Assembly (NCBI GenBank): GCA_028534125.1
Contig: CM052817.1
Span: 31,560,001 to 31,624,000 of the forward strand
DNA from: Lama glama
Lineage: Eukaryota
Reading direction: 5' to 3'
DNA length: 64,000 bases
Part shown: one piece after another, positions 12,731 through 25,700 of the stretch
Layout: every line of letters starts with the position of its first letter
How positions within the stretch are numbered: the stretch's first letter is position 1
The notes under the pieces: generated by a model
What the model was told of the DNA's origin: nothing
The model's input: only the letters and a program-made list of their open reading frames with translations
Databases searched by the model: none
Translations under genes and position numbers: made by a program

Positions 12731-13539
12731 TTGACCCATCCAATGCCTTAAAGACCCATCCCCTGCAACATCCTTCTTCTCAGCTTCCACACAGAGGACA
12801 GGGACGTATTGTATCCAGGTCATCTGATTACAGAAAATGAGAGCTGGGCACTCCAAGAACTAGAAACCATTAGGTCCAAACCTCTAAATTGAAAGGTATA
12901 AATATTGGAGTTTAAAAAAGCTGAGTTGACAAAAAAAATCTTCCTTTCTTTGGTCATTGACACTATTATCAATATCTTAATTAAAAACTAACCACTCACC
13001 ATTGCTATTTTTTGAGAATTCTAGGCTATGTTTTTTTAAATGTCATTTAAGAGATAAGGTTTCTTCACACACACAATCACATAGCCCTTTAACTTTTAAA
13101 ACTGCACCCCACTCTATTTAATTTCATTAAGTGAGTTAATACACATAAAGCACTCAGAAGAGTACCTGGCACGTAAGTGTCATGTAAGTGCTTGCTATCA
13201 GTCTTGCCATCTTTAATTAATTTTTATAGTGTTACTACTAATCACTTAGAAATTAAAATGTCCAAGAGTCCCTTAGCATTTTATAAATGAATTCACAAAA
13301 GCAAAGAAATGTAACCAAAATAATAAAAATAGTAATAGTAATAGTAGTAATAATAATAATAATACTTTTGAGACTAGAACTCCAGTGTCCTTACTCCTAG
13401 ACTTCTATAGTAAAAGTCTGGCTACATTAAATAGCTGACAGGCTATATTAAAAAATTTTATTTTTATTGATTTTTAATTTATATCTTGTGCATATCCAGA
13501 GAGAAACTGAGACAACTTACAATAAAAATACATGAACAA

Positions 13540-15400
13540 AATTTAACCAAGGAAGTGTCAGACTCATGCACTGAAAACTACAAAATATTACTGAAAGAAA
13601 TTAGACCTAAATAAACAGAAAGACATCCATGTTCATGGGTTGAAATGCTTTCCAAATGGCTCTACAGATTCAATGCAATCTCTATCAAAATTCAACTGCC
13701 TTTTTTTTTTTTTTTTTTGCAGAAATGGACAAGCTGATCCTAAAACTCATGCAGTAATGCTCAATAGCCAAGTTAACCTCAGAGGGGGGAAAAAAAAGCA
13801 AGGTTGGAGGACTCACATTCCCAATTTCAAAACTTACTACAGTATTACAGTAATCCAAACAGTGTGGAACTACACTAAGACAGATACACAGATCAACGAT
13901 ATAGAATTGAGAGTCCGGAAAGAAAATCATACATCTATGGTCAATGGATTTTAGCTAAGATGCCAAGACCATTCCATGAGGAAAGAGTAGTCTTTTCAAC
14001 AAATGGTGCTGGGACAACTGGATATGAATGAATTTGGACTCCTACTTCACACCATACACAAAAATGATCTCTAAATGGATCAAAGACTTAATGTAAGCAC
14101 TAAAGTTACAAAAACTCTCAGAAAGAAATATACCTGTTAATTTTCATGATTTTAGGTTAGGCAATGGTTTTGGTTGGGTTTTTTTTTTTTGAATCTTGAA
14201 ATTTTTCCCCCTTTTTCAGTTTTATTAGGTAGAATTATTACAGTTTTACTGCACATACACATTATATAGGCAGTGGCTTGTTAAACACGACACCAAGAGC
14301 ATAAGTAACAAAAGAAAAACAGATAAATCGGACTTCAACTTAAAAACTTATGTACGTCTAAGGACACTATCAAAGGAGTGCAAAGACAACTCACAGAAAG
14401 GGAGAAAATATCTGCAAATGAGAAACTTGCTAAGAGTCTTGTATCCAGAATAGATAAAGAACATTTACAATTGAACAATTTTTTAAAAGCCCAATTTAAA
14501 AGTGGGTAAAGGACTTAAACAGGTACTACTCCAAAAATGTACAAATGGCCAATAAACATATGAAAAGATGCTCAATATCATTAGTTATTAGGAAAAAGCA
14601 AATCAAAACCACAATGAGATCTTATTACACACACACTAGTATGGCTTATAACAAAAAAAAAGGGGGGGGGAGGGTAGGAGGGTAGAATAAGAAGGATTGG
14701 CAAGAATGTGGAGAAACTGGAACCCTCATACACTGCTGGTGAGAATGTAAAATGGGGCAGCCACTGTGAAAAACAGTTTGGCAGTTCCTCAAAAGTTAAA
14801 CATAGAGTTAAGTTATGACCCAGCATTTCCACTCCTAAGAATATACCCAAGAGAACTGAAAACATACATAAAAGCTTATATACTAATGCTCATAGTAACA
14901 TTAGTCATAATAGCCCAAAAGTGGAAACAACCCAAATATCCAAACACTGATGAATGGAGATACGTGTTTTATATATATGTGTATATGAAATATGTACCTC
15001 CATTTAATGGAATGTTATCCCACCATAAAAAAGAATGAAGTACTGATACAGAATACAATGTGAATGAACTTTGAAAATCTTATAATAAGTAAAAGAAGTC
15101 ACACACAAAAGGCCACATGTTTTATTGATTCCATTTATATGAAATGTCCAGAATAGACAAATCCATAGAGAAAGAAAGCAGATAACTGTTTGGGTGGGAT
15201 GAAGGGAGAGATGGGAGGGTATCGGGTTTTTTGTGTGTGTGTTTGTGTATGTGTGAGAGATAGAAATCTTGTGGAATTGGATAGTGGTGACGGTTGTGCA
15301 ATATTGTAAATATACTAAAACCCACTGGATTGTACTCTTTAAAGTAGTTCAAATGATGGGTTTTGTCACCTGAATTTATTCTCATTAAAAGAAATTTAAG
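13540..15400 (+). mobile_element. 5'-truncated L1 (L1MB-like): ORF2 3' part and 3'UTR
   Basis: Decayed ORF2 peptides 'PNFKTYYSITVIQTVW' and '[23 protein letters not shown]'; 3'UTR ending 'gaatttattctcattaaaag'. Confidence 0.85.
14171..14266 (-). other. Short polyadenylated retroposed insertion nested in the L1
   Basis: TSD taggca(a/g)tgg(t/c)tt at 14158-14170 and 14267-14279; poly(T) run on plus; minus-strand AATAAA about 30 nt before the tail. Confidence 0.6.
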
Positions 15401-15501
15401 AAAAAACACAACATGTAAACAATACACAGATAAGAATTAAAAGTAAAAGGAGAAATTAGAAACCAAAAAGAAGAAAAAAACCAGGTAGAACCAAAGCTTA
15501 C

Positions 15502-15600
15502 CTGGGGGTTGGTTCTCACATCAGCACACATAGTAAAAACTGAATATTAATCAAAATTAACCTCAGATATTCCACAGAAGACACAGCCACTCTGTCTCTT
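15502..15600 (-). other. Candidate 99-nt non-coding exon
   Basis: Minus-strand branch/acceptor catttctgctaatgctctgctgcAG, donor CAG|GTAAGC; stop codons in all three frames. Confidence 0.35.
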
Positions 15601-15679
15601 CTGCAGCAGAGCATTAGCAGAAATGTCCACCAGCATCAGCAAAAATGTTCAACACTGGAAGTTATATCCAGTAACAACC

Positions 15680-16080
15680 ACTGAAAAACCCCACTCCATA
15701 ATTACTAGCATAAAAACAGTAAAAATGGATTATTTCTCATAATTCTGTTGGGTGGGTAATTCTGGATGTCTAGGATGGCTCACTCACATTCCTAGCACTT
15801 GCAGGCTATCAGCCAGGACACCTCAGTTCTCTTCCATGTGCCTCTTCAACAGGACAACTTGGGTTTATATGTATAGTTCCCAAGATTCTAAGAGCAATAA
15901 GTGGACAAGCCCCAATACACAACACATTTCACATCTCTGAATGATTTACCTTTGCTATTATCTCATTGGCCAAAGCAAGTCACATGGCCAAGCCCAGAGT
16001 CAGAATGGGAGGTGATTCCTCGAGGTGGAGTAGATACCTGGAGAGGAATCATGGAGGTCTTTTTGCAAACAATCTAATAA
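15680..16080 (-). mobile_element. Old MLT1 LTR
   Basis: 'cattggccaaagcaagtcacatggccaagcccagagtcag' MLT1 signature. Confidence 0.7.
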
Positions 16081-17885
16081 TCTAGCAGAGAGAAAAACAG
16101 ATTTTTGGTATTCTGGTTTAGCATCAGATAAAGTAGATGGCTTGGATTCAAGGGACAGTTTGTATGAAAGAGCAACCTTTAATGACTAAAATAACATTCA
16201 GCACTGAGATGCTCATGGAAAAAGCTTTGGGCACTAAGGCGGACAAGGCAGCAAGAGGTCCATGCAACTCCCAATGCACACACCCTCTGGGGTATATGCT
16301 CACAGAGTAGAACGGTGAATAAAAGCACCTACTCTCTTTAAATTGTTGTTTCTTTCTCTCTTTTCTTTGTTAACCTATGGAGTTTGAATTTCCTCAAGTC
16401 AAATGCACATATGCTACAATGCTACTATATGCTGATAAATACAGCATTAAATTTGGAGCATCTCAAAATCCAGGGAACAAAGGATAACATAATGCTTCAT
16501 AGGACAGTAATTTGTTATCTTAAGATACACAACAACTTATCAAAAGAAAAACTTTCCCTGTCTTTAATTCTAAAGACAAACTAGTTTATGGGATCATAAA
16601 GGACAATGAAAGATATTATGTCATATATCTTCAATAGAAGTTTGGGCAGAAATTAAAAAAATATTCTTCACCTGGCTGTTTCTTATATTAACACTTGATT
16701 ACAGCTAGATAAATATAGTCTTATAAAAGCATTTCTGTGTGGGCTGAGCTAGATAGGTTATTTTATTGCTAGCTCAAGAAACAGAAATAAAATATAGAAA
16801 AAGGTAAACAGATAATATGATCCTTGATCTCTACCTTTTAAACACTATCTTAAGCTCAGTTTCTGCAAAAGTTGAATGGAATTCAGTTTAACAGTTATTC
16901 TCCAGTATTTGACAAAAATGTAAATATTACGTTAATAATAATAATAATGATCAATATATCTGCTGTAAAAAAACATTAGGGCTAATAGACATTCCTAATA
17001 GGCCAAGTATTTTTTATTATATTAAGTCTCTCAGGAGGATATATCTGAAAAACACCAACAGTCCCAAAGATCTATGGCTTCACATTACAAGCATGCACAT
17101 TTTGAGATTCTGACTTCATCTGATTTAAGTCTTGCTTCTTAACTTCATGATATTTCTGCTAACATTCAACTAACAGTCCTCAGATTGCTATAAATATGAA
17201 TTACGAAGACCCGAGCAGATGTCCTTTTCAGTATTATTGCCACCAAATCAGAAAGCTGTAAAGGGCAGAGCGGTGACAGGTGTGGTTCTCAGTTCACAGT
17301 ATGAATTACATGAGTAGACACCATTATCTTAAATGAGTAAAACAGCAAAGGAGATTCAAAGGAAACAAAAATCTCCCCAAGGCTGTGAAGACACTGTAAG
17401 ACAGGGTACTGCATTTTTTTCACACCACCATCCTCACTCACCACACACAGAGCACAAACTCTGGGGAGGATGATGAAAATAGTTGCTTAAACACCACCAA
17501 ATGTACTCTTGAACTTATACAAGACACATTTTAAATTACCATTTATTTAATATTTTTGTTTTACATTATACTTTAAAATTAAAGTTACACTGGCTTAAAA
17601 AGCATAAAAAGCGAAATTTCTATCACTCAGCTGGAATTACAGAACACGTGTCTGGTCTAGGATCTACTGGAGTACATTAACCAATCACCTTTTTTTAAAG
17701 TCTGCTAGTGTATGCATAAATGGTAATACCTACTTGCTGGGTGCAACTAGTACTTTATAGTGATCATAGCATTGTCACACCAGTACAAAATCCTGGACAA
17801 GGAAGTGGCTCATTAATTCACATTCCGTTCTTAGCTCTGCCCAGGACCTGCCCAACTTACTACCCATATCAAAATCTAAGAAACT

Positions 17886-17940
17886 ACTGTACACCTGTAG
17901 CTTATACAATATTGTAAATCAATTATACTTCAATTTTTTA
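17886..17940 (+). mobile_element. 55-bp extreme 3' tail of an L1
   Basis: 'tgtacacctg...attgtaaatcaattatacttcaat' flanked by a perfect 15-bp TSD aaaatctaagaaact (17871-17885, 17941-17955). Confidence 0.85.
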
Positions 17941-18239
17941 AAAATCTAAGAAACTGAATTTGTCAGCTTTACTATCATTATAAGAAACACTGAGAACCAC
18001 CTACAGAAAGAATAATTCCAGAGAGGTCTCTCCTCTACAATGGTAGCTGAGTGAGCCTAGCGGAGGGCATTCAATCTGCCCAGTGCTACAACAGGACTCA
18101 TATTCTTCCCTACCTTGGCTGATGGCTGAAATTGTTCCAGTGGTAAATATACCCTTTCATTCCAAAATTAGAAATAAAACATAGCACCCAAATACCCCTG
18201 AAGAAGGCAACACACTGACTAAGCTTCCTCTAAATTTTC

Positions 18240-20490
18240 AGTCCCATCCTCTCTTGCAGTCTCAAACATACATTTCTGACCTGTGGTCTGCTCCTCTTTT
18301 CAGTGCACCTGATTGCTCTCTAGTTCATCATCCCCTTTGGTACAGTAGCATCACTTATGTTCCCAAACATAAACCATCCCCTCGACCCACATTCACCCCC
18401 TACCACCATGCCACTTTTGAGTGCCTTTACAGCAAAAGCTCTTGGAAGATAGGATTAGGGTTGCTGTCTCTGCTTCTCAATTCATGTGCTTTCCTCAGAC
18501 TGCTCAGTTGGGCTTCTGTCTTCATCATTCTACTAAGATCGCATTTGCCAAGGTCGCCAGGAACAGTCTTCTTGCCAGACCCAGTGGTCACTTCTCAGTT
18601 CTTGTATCACTTGACCTCCAGCAGTGTTCAACACAGCTGACCAGTCTCTCCTTGAAATGCTTCGTTACTCTTGGTTCTCTGTGACACAAAGTTTCCTGGA
18701 TTTTCCTCTGATCTTAGAGGCTGTACCTTCTCAGTGTCCTTTGCTGGTGTCTACTTTTCTGCTTTACTTATAAACACTGGTGTGCATCAGGGCTCTCTCC
18801 CAGGCTTGCTTTGCTTTTTCATCTCTACACTCCTCAGAGGTGGCCTCACCCAGTTACATGGCTTTAAATACCACCTATATGTTGATAACTCTGAATTTTA
18901 CATCTTTTGTCCTCTCCCCAAGAACCTTAGATTTATATATCCAATTGCAAACCTGACATCTTTATTTGAATATCCAACCAGCATCTCAAACATAATATGG
19001 CTAAAACAGAAAGCTAGATAGTCCCCTAAAATTTGCTCTTTATCCAGTCTTTGCCATCTGAATAAGTGGTCTCACCATCTCCCCAGCTGTTGAGCCAGAA
19101 GTCTTAAGAGTTATCTTTGATTCATTCTTCTCTCTCACACCTCAAGTCTAATCCATCAGCATGGTCTTTGGACTATACCTCCAAAATATTCTAAACCTGA
19201 ATAGTCAAGTCTCTACTTCACTCTTCTCTCATTAGTGTAATAGGTTGATTGCACTAATGGCCCTGATTTTCATACCTCCCTGTATCTTTTCACACCTCTC
19301 TGTATCTCTGCTCTTTGGCAATGCTCTCCCATACTAATTGTGGATGTACTCGTGTAATTTGCCTTGACCAATGGAACATTGGCAAATTTGACACAAGCTA
19401 AGGCTTAAAAACCTGCTTGCTCATTTCTACTTCCTTTCTTGCTTCTTTGTGGTCACCATGAGACTATGAGTGGGCCAGTCTGAGAATAAGCCCAGGCTAG
19501 CCTCCCACAGGGATGTAACATAGACACAGAGGAGAGAAGAGTTGTCCCAGCCATCTCAGCTGAGGCCATCCTAGACAGGCAACAGCCAGTTGGCCCTCCC
19601 AAACACATCAGAGGAGCCAGGCAATATGGCAGATCTGCTTACCTGATCCACAGCTGATCAGACACAGGCAGGCCCAGTCAAGATCAGCCAAGCCTGGCCC
19701 AGAACTACCCAGCCATCCTACTGACTCATGAGCAAAAAAAAATCCTTATTCCTATATACCACTAAGTTTATGGGGATGTTTGTTACATGGCATTACTGTG
19801 GCAATAACTGACACAGACATCATCGCTTGTCAGGACTACTGCAAAATCCTTCTATCAGGTCTTGTTGCTTCCTTCCTTATCTTCTTAGAAGTCTTTCCCA
19901 TTCATCAATCAACTCAAAGTTTTAAAACTATAAATCAGTTCATGTCCTCAGTTCTGCTTAAACCCTCTAATGGCTTCCCTGCACTTAGACTAAAACCTAA
20001 TCTCTTAACCTAGCATACCACCTCCTTGTTCAACCACATCTAGTACCACTCTCCCCCTGGCCACTCTGAGTCAACCACACCAGCCTTCTTCCTGTCCTTC
20101 ACACAGGACAAACTCATGGCATGGGGAAGTCTTAGCAAATTATGTTCTTTCTACCTAGAAAATCATCCCACCCGCTCCTTCTTGCTTGGTCTCTAGCCAG
20201 TAACTTCTTATAACTCAAACACCAACCTAAATGTCACTTTCACAAAAAGGCCTTCCACACAGCCTAAAGTAGACAACCAGTCACTCTCAGATCCATATTT
20301 TAATTTCATGATACTTATCACTATGTGACATTTTTATTGAATATTTATTTTTAATCGTGTGATCTCCCCATTTATTATAAATTCCACATGAGCAGGAACC
20401 AAGTCTATACGTTCACTGAAGGATCCTCAGCTCCTAAAACAGTCCCTTCACATAGTAGGTACTCATTAAATATCTGATGAATGCTACCTG
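18240..20490 (+). mobile_element. L2 LINE with reverse-transcriptase remnant, interrupted by MLT1
   Basis: ORF 18671-19021 contains GVHQGSLPGLLCF...HGFKYHLYVDNSE (decayed GVPQGS..GPLLF / YADD); L2 3' end near 20400-20490. Confidence 0.85.
19236..19815 (+). mobile_element. MLT1 LTR nested in L2
   Basis: tgtaatagg...tttgttacatggcattactgtggcaataactgacaca. Confidence 0.75.
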
Positions 20491-20659
20491 ACATGGAATA
20501 AATAAATGATCAGATCCTTTCTGAAATCAGGTTTTTACAAAGAGAAGGAGCCAGGCTAGCTGAAATGGCAAAGGAGAAAAGACAGACTGATTCTGAGAGG
20601 GAATTCTAGAAGCAGAGAAAAAAATTTCACCTAACATAAAGCGAAGTGAAGAGTGCAGA

Positions 20660-21130
20660 CACTGAAAAGAGCGTTGAACAGAAGCTTGGCTCTGCCCCTT
20701 CCTTGTTACATGAACGTCAATACACCACTCACCTCTCTGAGCTTGTCTCCTCATCTATAAAATGGGGGAATAATTACAACTTCACAGAGTTGTACAAACT
20801 AAAATATATATAAAGTACTCAGCGTGGTACATGGATCATAGTGATTACTCAACATCAGTGATGACAGTGACGGTGGTGGATGTGGTAGTGGTGGTGGTAT
20901 CTAAACCAGCCCTGCTACTACTGAGTAAATGGCATAATCCTTAGTATCTCACTCAACCTGATGAGTCAACCTAATTTTTTTTCAATTTTTGGGCATTTCA
21001 GATTGTCCCTTCTCACCAAAAATGTAATGAGTACAGGACCTAGAGTCTGAAGAGCTGGGTTCTGGCCCTGGTTCTGCCACCAACTAGCTGGGTGATCTTG
21101 GACAAGTCACCAACTTCCGAGACCTTAAAG
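20660..21130 (+). mobile_element. Two MIR fragments
   Basis: 'cacctctctgagcttgtctcctcatctataaaatgggg' and 'ctgccaccaactagctgggtgatcttggacaagtcac'. Confidence 0.7.
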
Positions 21131-23319
21131 TGACCTTGTCATCAGCTCTGCCACCCTCAAGGCAGGAGGTGCAGGAAACATTCTGCAAAGAAGTGGGGGG
21201 ATTGGTGTAATGTAGAGACATGGAGGCAGAGAGTAGGCAGGCAGATAATCACTCTGCTCCATTCCAGAGCACAAACAAGAATATCTAAACAACTTAATTC
21301 AAAGCTTCCCAAACTGTGTTTCTCAGAACATGAGGAACCTGTCAGATTACACCAGACCATAATCTCACAAGGGCAGGGACATGTGCTGATTTAATTCTCC
21401 ACTGTAGGACCAGCAGCCAGCACAGTGACCAAAACATACTATCATAGCATGCACATAGTATGTATGCTTGCTGAATGAATGAACAAATACATTTAAGAAA
21501 AGCTGGGTTAAACAATGTCAAACTGGTTCCTTGTGCACAATTCTCCGAACAGTTATTATCTGAATAGGTTCTGTGAATCATACAGAAACAGTATTTCCCA
21601 ACCTTATTTGATCACAGAACTCATTCTATTTCTTTTGAACCTTATTAACATCTCCCAGAGTTGTAGTAATCTACAGAACAGTTTGAGAAACATTTTAAGC
21701 TTATGTAATTTAAGTCATTTTTACCATGATGAAATAAACATCTTTCTCTTTATATATAAGGTAATTAAAAGGCCAACTAATTTGATCCATATCTAGTATG
21801 CGGCTGTTATCTCCCAGCATCCTACACCTTCAAACCGCCCGTCGCCAGGCAGGGCCTCAGTCTCTCCCACCTCCTAAGCAGCAGACGTCCTGCCTGGTTT
21901 CTCTGTCCTGCTCCCTCATATCCCAGTCTGCTCTGCAAATCCTCCCACCTTTTCTTCCACTATCCCTTCTTTCTATATCCTTAGTCATATTATGAACTTT
22001 CTTAAACTGCTTTAATTATTCCTCTTCCTTTATAATCAATCCAACAAGGTTTCAGTCTTGAAGTTTACAGTATAATCCTATGCCTGAAAACATTTCAAAA
22101 TCCTTCTCCCTTTTATAATAAAGGCTGGTTCTTCTCTTTTATTCTCCACATTGGACCCTTCTTAGGGTTATTCCTTAATCTTAAGTAAATATAATCATGT
22201 CAAATCTAATCGGGGTTCCCTCTTCCCATCTTATGATTGATTTCTAAGAGTTCAAGCAAGTAAACATTTTCAAATCCCCATGCCTTTGTTCGAGTTGCTG
22301 TCTCTGCCAAGAAGAGTCCTTCCTTGTTTAAATCCCATTCATTTTTTAAAGTCCTGATCACAGGTCATCACTTTTAAGCAGTCTCCCTTATTTCCCACTC
22401 CAGCCACAATTAGCTACTCCCCTTAACTACCTCGAGGCACATGCACAACTTACCGCACACATGTGAAGTTAGTTGTATATGTGAATGCGGAGATGGCAGA
22501 GTTGGGAGAGAAGCCCATGAACCAGGTGAGTCTCCCAGGGAGAATGACCAAGAGGTTGGTGATAAAAGGAGAAACCAGGAGGCTATTTGCACAAATGGCT
22601 GGAGCTCTAAAGGAGAACGGGTTCTGGCATGACCTGAAAGCAGCCTGAGGAAGCCAGGAGAAGGCAGCAGCAGAGAGAGCTGCAGATAAGGGAGTGCTCT
22701 GACTCTGGGAGGCGGCCGGGGTGTGGGAATGCTGATTCACAATGGAACAATGCCCTCAGAGGGCCGCTGGAAAGATTTGGGAAGGAAGCCAGTAGAAGGA
22801 TGCAAGCTCAGAATCACAGGGGAGTTGAGAGTACATAAGAAGACAGCTGATAAGAAAGGCTTGGAGCCAAGGGAACTGGGGATATGAGGCACAGCTTTGG
22901 CCTGAACTGGCGAAGATCCCAGATAGTGTCAGAGGCCAGATGAGTTAAGCATTCAACAGTCTTTGATCAATGTTCAAAAGGAGGTTGATGAGTAATTCTT
23001 CTAATGTCTACAAAGAACAGATTTCTCTAATGTTTCACTCATGGCACAATCCTTATCCCTGTGTGTGGGCTGAGCCGTGAGGGCAATGAGTTGGGGGCAT
23101 ACTGAGAAGGAGCTGGGTGTGGTATCTCCTTTCACTAGGGCAGGGCTCAGACCTGAAAGGGAAGAAGCAAGCTGAACATGCACAGAGTCTACAGGGATCA
23201 AAGCCCTTCAGGCTCAGGGCAGACAGCAGTAGGCACCAAGGCCCGAGAAGTAGTGAGCTCATCCAAAAGGTAGACAGAGAATGGCGAGGGGGAATCCAAG
23301 ACAAAAACCTCTGCAAAGT

Positions 23320-23850
23320 CTATATATTACGCAGGGTCTTCAATGGCAAATAACTAGATTTAAGCACACGACAACAAGCAAAGGCGTGTATTAGCTCACA
23401 TAACCAGAAGTGCTGGGATGCTTCAGGCACATCTGAATCCTGGGGTTCAAATGATGCTGTCTGTGCTCTCACCACCGCTCAGCGCTACTTCTCACTGCAT
23501 GCTGGCCCTCGTACATTCTCTCCTACTTCAAACAGCTTCCTCCATGTAGTAGAAAGACAGCCACCAGGAGTTCCAGGTTACGTCACTCCAGCAGCAAAAA
23601 GAAAAAAATCCCAAAGGAAAAGAATGCCTCCTTTCCTAAATTGGAGCAGGAAAGGAGCCTGATTGAGGGAGCCTGGGTCATGTGCTAACCTCTGAACCAA
23701 TCACTTGGTCAGGTGGAGGAGGCACGTCTCAGACTGGCCAAAGCTGAGTCACATGACCACTGCTGGGGTTGGTGTCAGCCCCACCCAAACCACATGACTT
23801 GTGGACAGAGAGGTCCCCCAGAGGAAGGAAGTCTGGGCAAACAAATAATA
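23320..23850 (-). mobile_element. Old MLT1 (K/L-like) LTR
   Basis: 'gcttcaggcac...ggggttcaaatgatg...ggtcatgtgctaacctctgaaccaatcac...ccccacccaaaccacatg'. Confidence 0.65.
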
Positions 23851-23929
23851 AGTCCACTCTAGACAGTGTGATCACTGGTCAGCCTGGCCCCAGAGACCAA
23901 AAAAGGCCAGTCTCCTTACTTAAACCATA

Positions 23930-24170
23930 GAAGGGCTTTGAGCTGGTCAGACAGAACTGGTTTCAAATTTCAGCTTTGACACTTACTAGCTGTGTGACCT
24001 CAGGTAAATTACTTAATTTCTCAGTGCCTCAGTTTCCTCCTTATAAAACAGGATAATAGTACCTACCTTCTAGAGGTGTTTGGAAAGATGAAATGAAATA
24101 AAGCACATACACTGCTAAGCACAACATTTGCCATAAAGTGATCAATGCTGTTATTAGTAATAGTAACAAT
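23930..24170 (+). mobile_element. MIR SINE
   Basis: 'acttactagctgtgtgacctcaggtaaattacttaatttctcagtgcctcagtttcctc'. Confidence 0.85.
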
Positions 24171-24584
24171 CATGACAATTATCATCTGGAACAAGGGTAC
24201 CACATGAAAGTTGAGCTGTAACTCGGTGAAAGAGACAGCCAGGTCAGCACTTGGATAAATCAGTCCCGGGTCAAGATTCATCAGGGCAACTCAGGATACA
24301 ACACAGGGGCCCTGAGTGAACTCTGAGATAACAATTCAAATCAATAAATGTGTTAAGCCTCTATCACATGCCAGGCACTGGGGATACAATTATGAATGAG
24401 ATGCATGGCTCCAAGGTGACTGTGGCTTTGTGACATTATTTGGGGGGTGTGGGAGTGCTGACTGAAGCTGCTTCCTTGCTTTCAGCCACAGGCTGTGGGC
24501 ACTGGGAACGCACTGAGCGTACTAGAGAACCAAACCTGGGCGCAACTGCTGGAATGCTAAGAAAGTATAAAAAGGACTTCAATC

Positions 24585-24746
24585 ACCCCCGCAAAAATGC
24601 CTTTGTGTGAATTACAAAAAAGCGTTTCTTCCTTTAGAAACTTTACTTCCATGTGCCACAGTAAACAAATCTACTGGATCGACAATGTGAATGACATTCC
24701 AGAGTTATGCAGTGTATAACCTGCACAACTATACATGGCAGCCCTG
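24585..24746 (-). mobile_element. MER91-like hAT-Tip100 element
   Basis: Reverse complement begins CAGGGCTGCCATGTATAGTTGTGCAGGTTATACACTGCA, the MER91 terminus. Confidence 0.7.
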
Positions 24747-24856
24747 GGCATAGGCAGGAAAGATGACATGGAGGACTGACAGGGGTCGAGGGATAGGGTG
24801 GGGATGGAGTACCTGGGAGTCCCCAGGCCTTTGGAGACAGAGAAGAACTTTTGCTA

Positions 24857-25306
24857 CAGAGCTGCTCCATTCAATATAGTAGCCACTCACCACAAATAGC
24901 TATTAGACACTTGATACGTGGCTAGTACAACTCAGGAACTAATTTTTCAATTGTATTTCATTTTAATTAATTTTAATTTAAAATTTTAAACTGAAACAAT
25001 ATAAAGAGTTTCCATTAACTTTTTTGGTTGGAGTACATTTTACTTTTTCCCCTGCACCTTGTAAGATACTGAATTGTACTGCATTGTACTGTATTGCTCA
25101 TATCAAGCTCCTGAGTTTTTTCTGGTATTTTATTAATAATTTTTATATGATTACATGGTGAAATTATAGTATTTCCTATACATTGGGTTACACAAAACAT
25201 ACAATTAAGATTAACTTCACCTTTTGTGTTTTGGGTTTTTTAATGGGGCTACTAGAAACTTCAAAATTACATAAAGGATTCACTTAATTTCTCTTCAACA
25301 GTGCTG
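24857..25306. mobile_element. MER3/MER33/Charlie1-type hAT element
   Basis: 'atagtagccact...acttgatacgtggctagt' and 'ggctactagaaacttcaaaattacata...aacagtgctg'. Confidence 0.7.
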
Positions 25307-25459
25307 CTATGAAGACATCTTAGGATCTATAGTGCTGAGGGGCCTGGAACGATACCCAGAGGAACTGGTTGCTTTTAGGTTTGTTTGAAGTACATCTTTA
25401 TGTTTTCTTCTAGGTTGTCCACTCTGTTTACCAGAAGGGAAAATAACAGGGAGAGAGCT

Positions 25460-25700
25460 CAGTGTGTGCAGCTCAGCAGAGTTCTCAGGGTACACTATGA
25501 AGTCAGACTACACTGCTCTGAACTCTGGCTCCACCACTTAACCAAATCTCTCTGAATCTCCCTGAGTTTCAAGCTCTTCATCTGTAAACTGCTGATGAAG
25601 GGAGTTGCCGGGATGATTAAATGAGATAATCCAATATAAAGAGCTTAAGCACAGAGCCTGGCACAATTTATGTGCTCAGTCAATGACTAGTGGTGACTGG
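25460..25700 (+). mobile_element. MIR SINE
   Basis: 'ctctggctccaccactta...ttcatctgtaaa...gattaaatgagataat...agcacagagcctggcaca'. Confidence 0.8.

Noticed and set aside
17205..17255. Minus-strand exon with acceptor ctctgccctttacAG
   Set aside because: Only a weak donor (TTC|GTAATT) is available
18671..19021. Reverse-transcriptase-like ORF
   Set aside because: L2 fossil; catalytic YADD decayed to YVDN and flanking frames broken
22463..22648. Peptide 'RRNQE/LFAQMAGALKENGFWHD' resembling a Myb/SANT trihelix domain
   Set aside because: Needs a frameshift, lacks the N-terminal helix, and the DNA reads as a degenerate reverse L2
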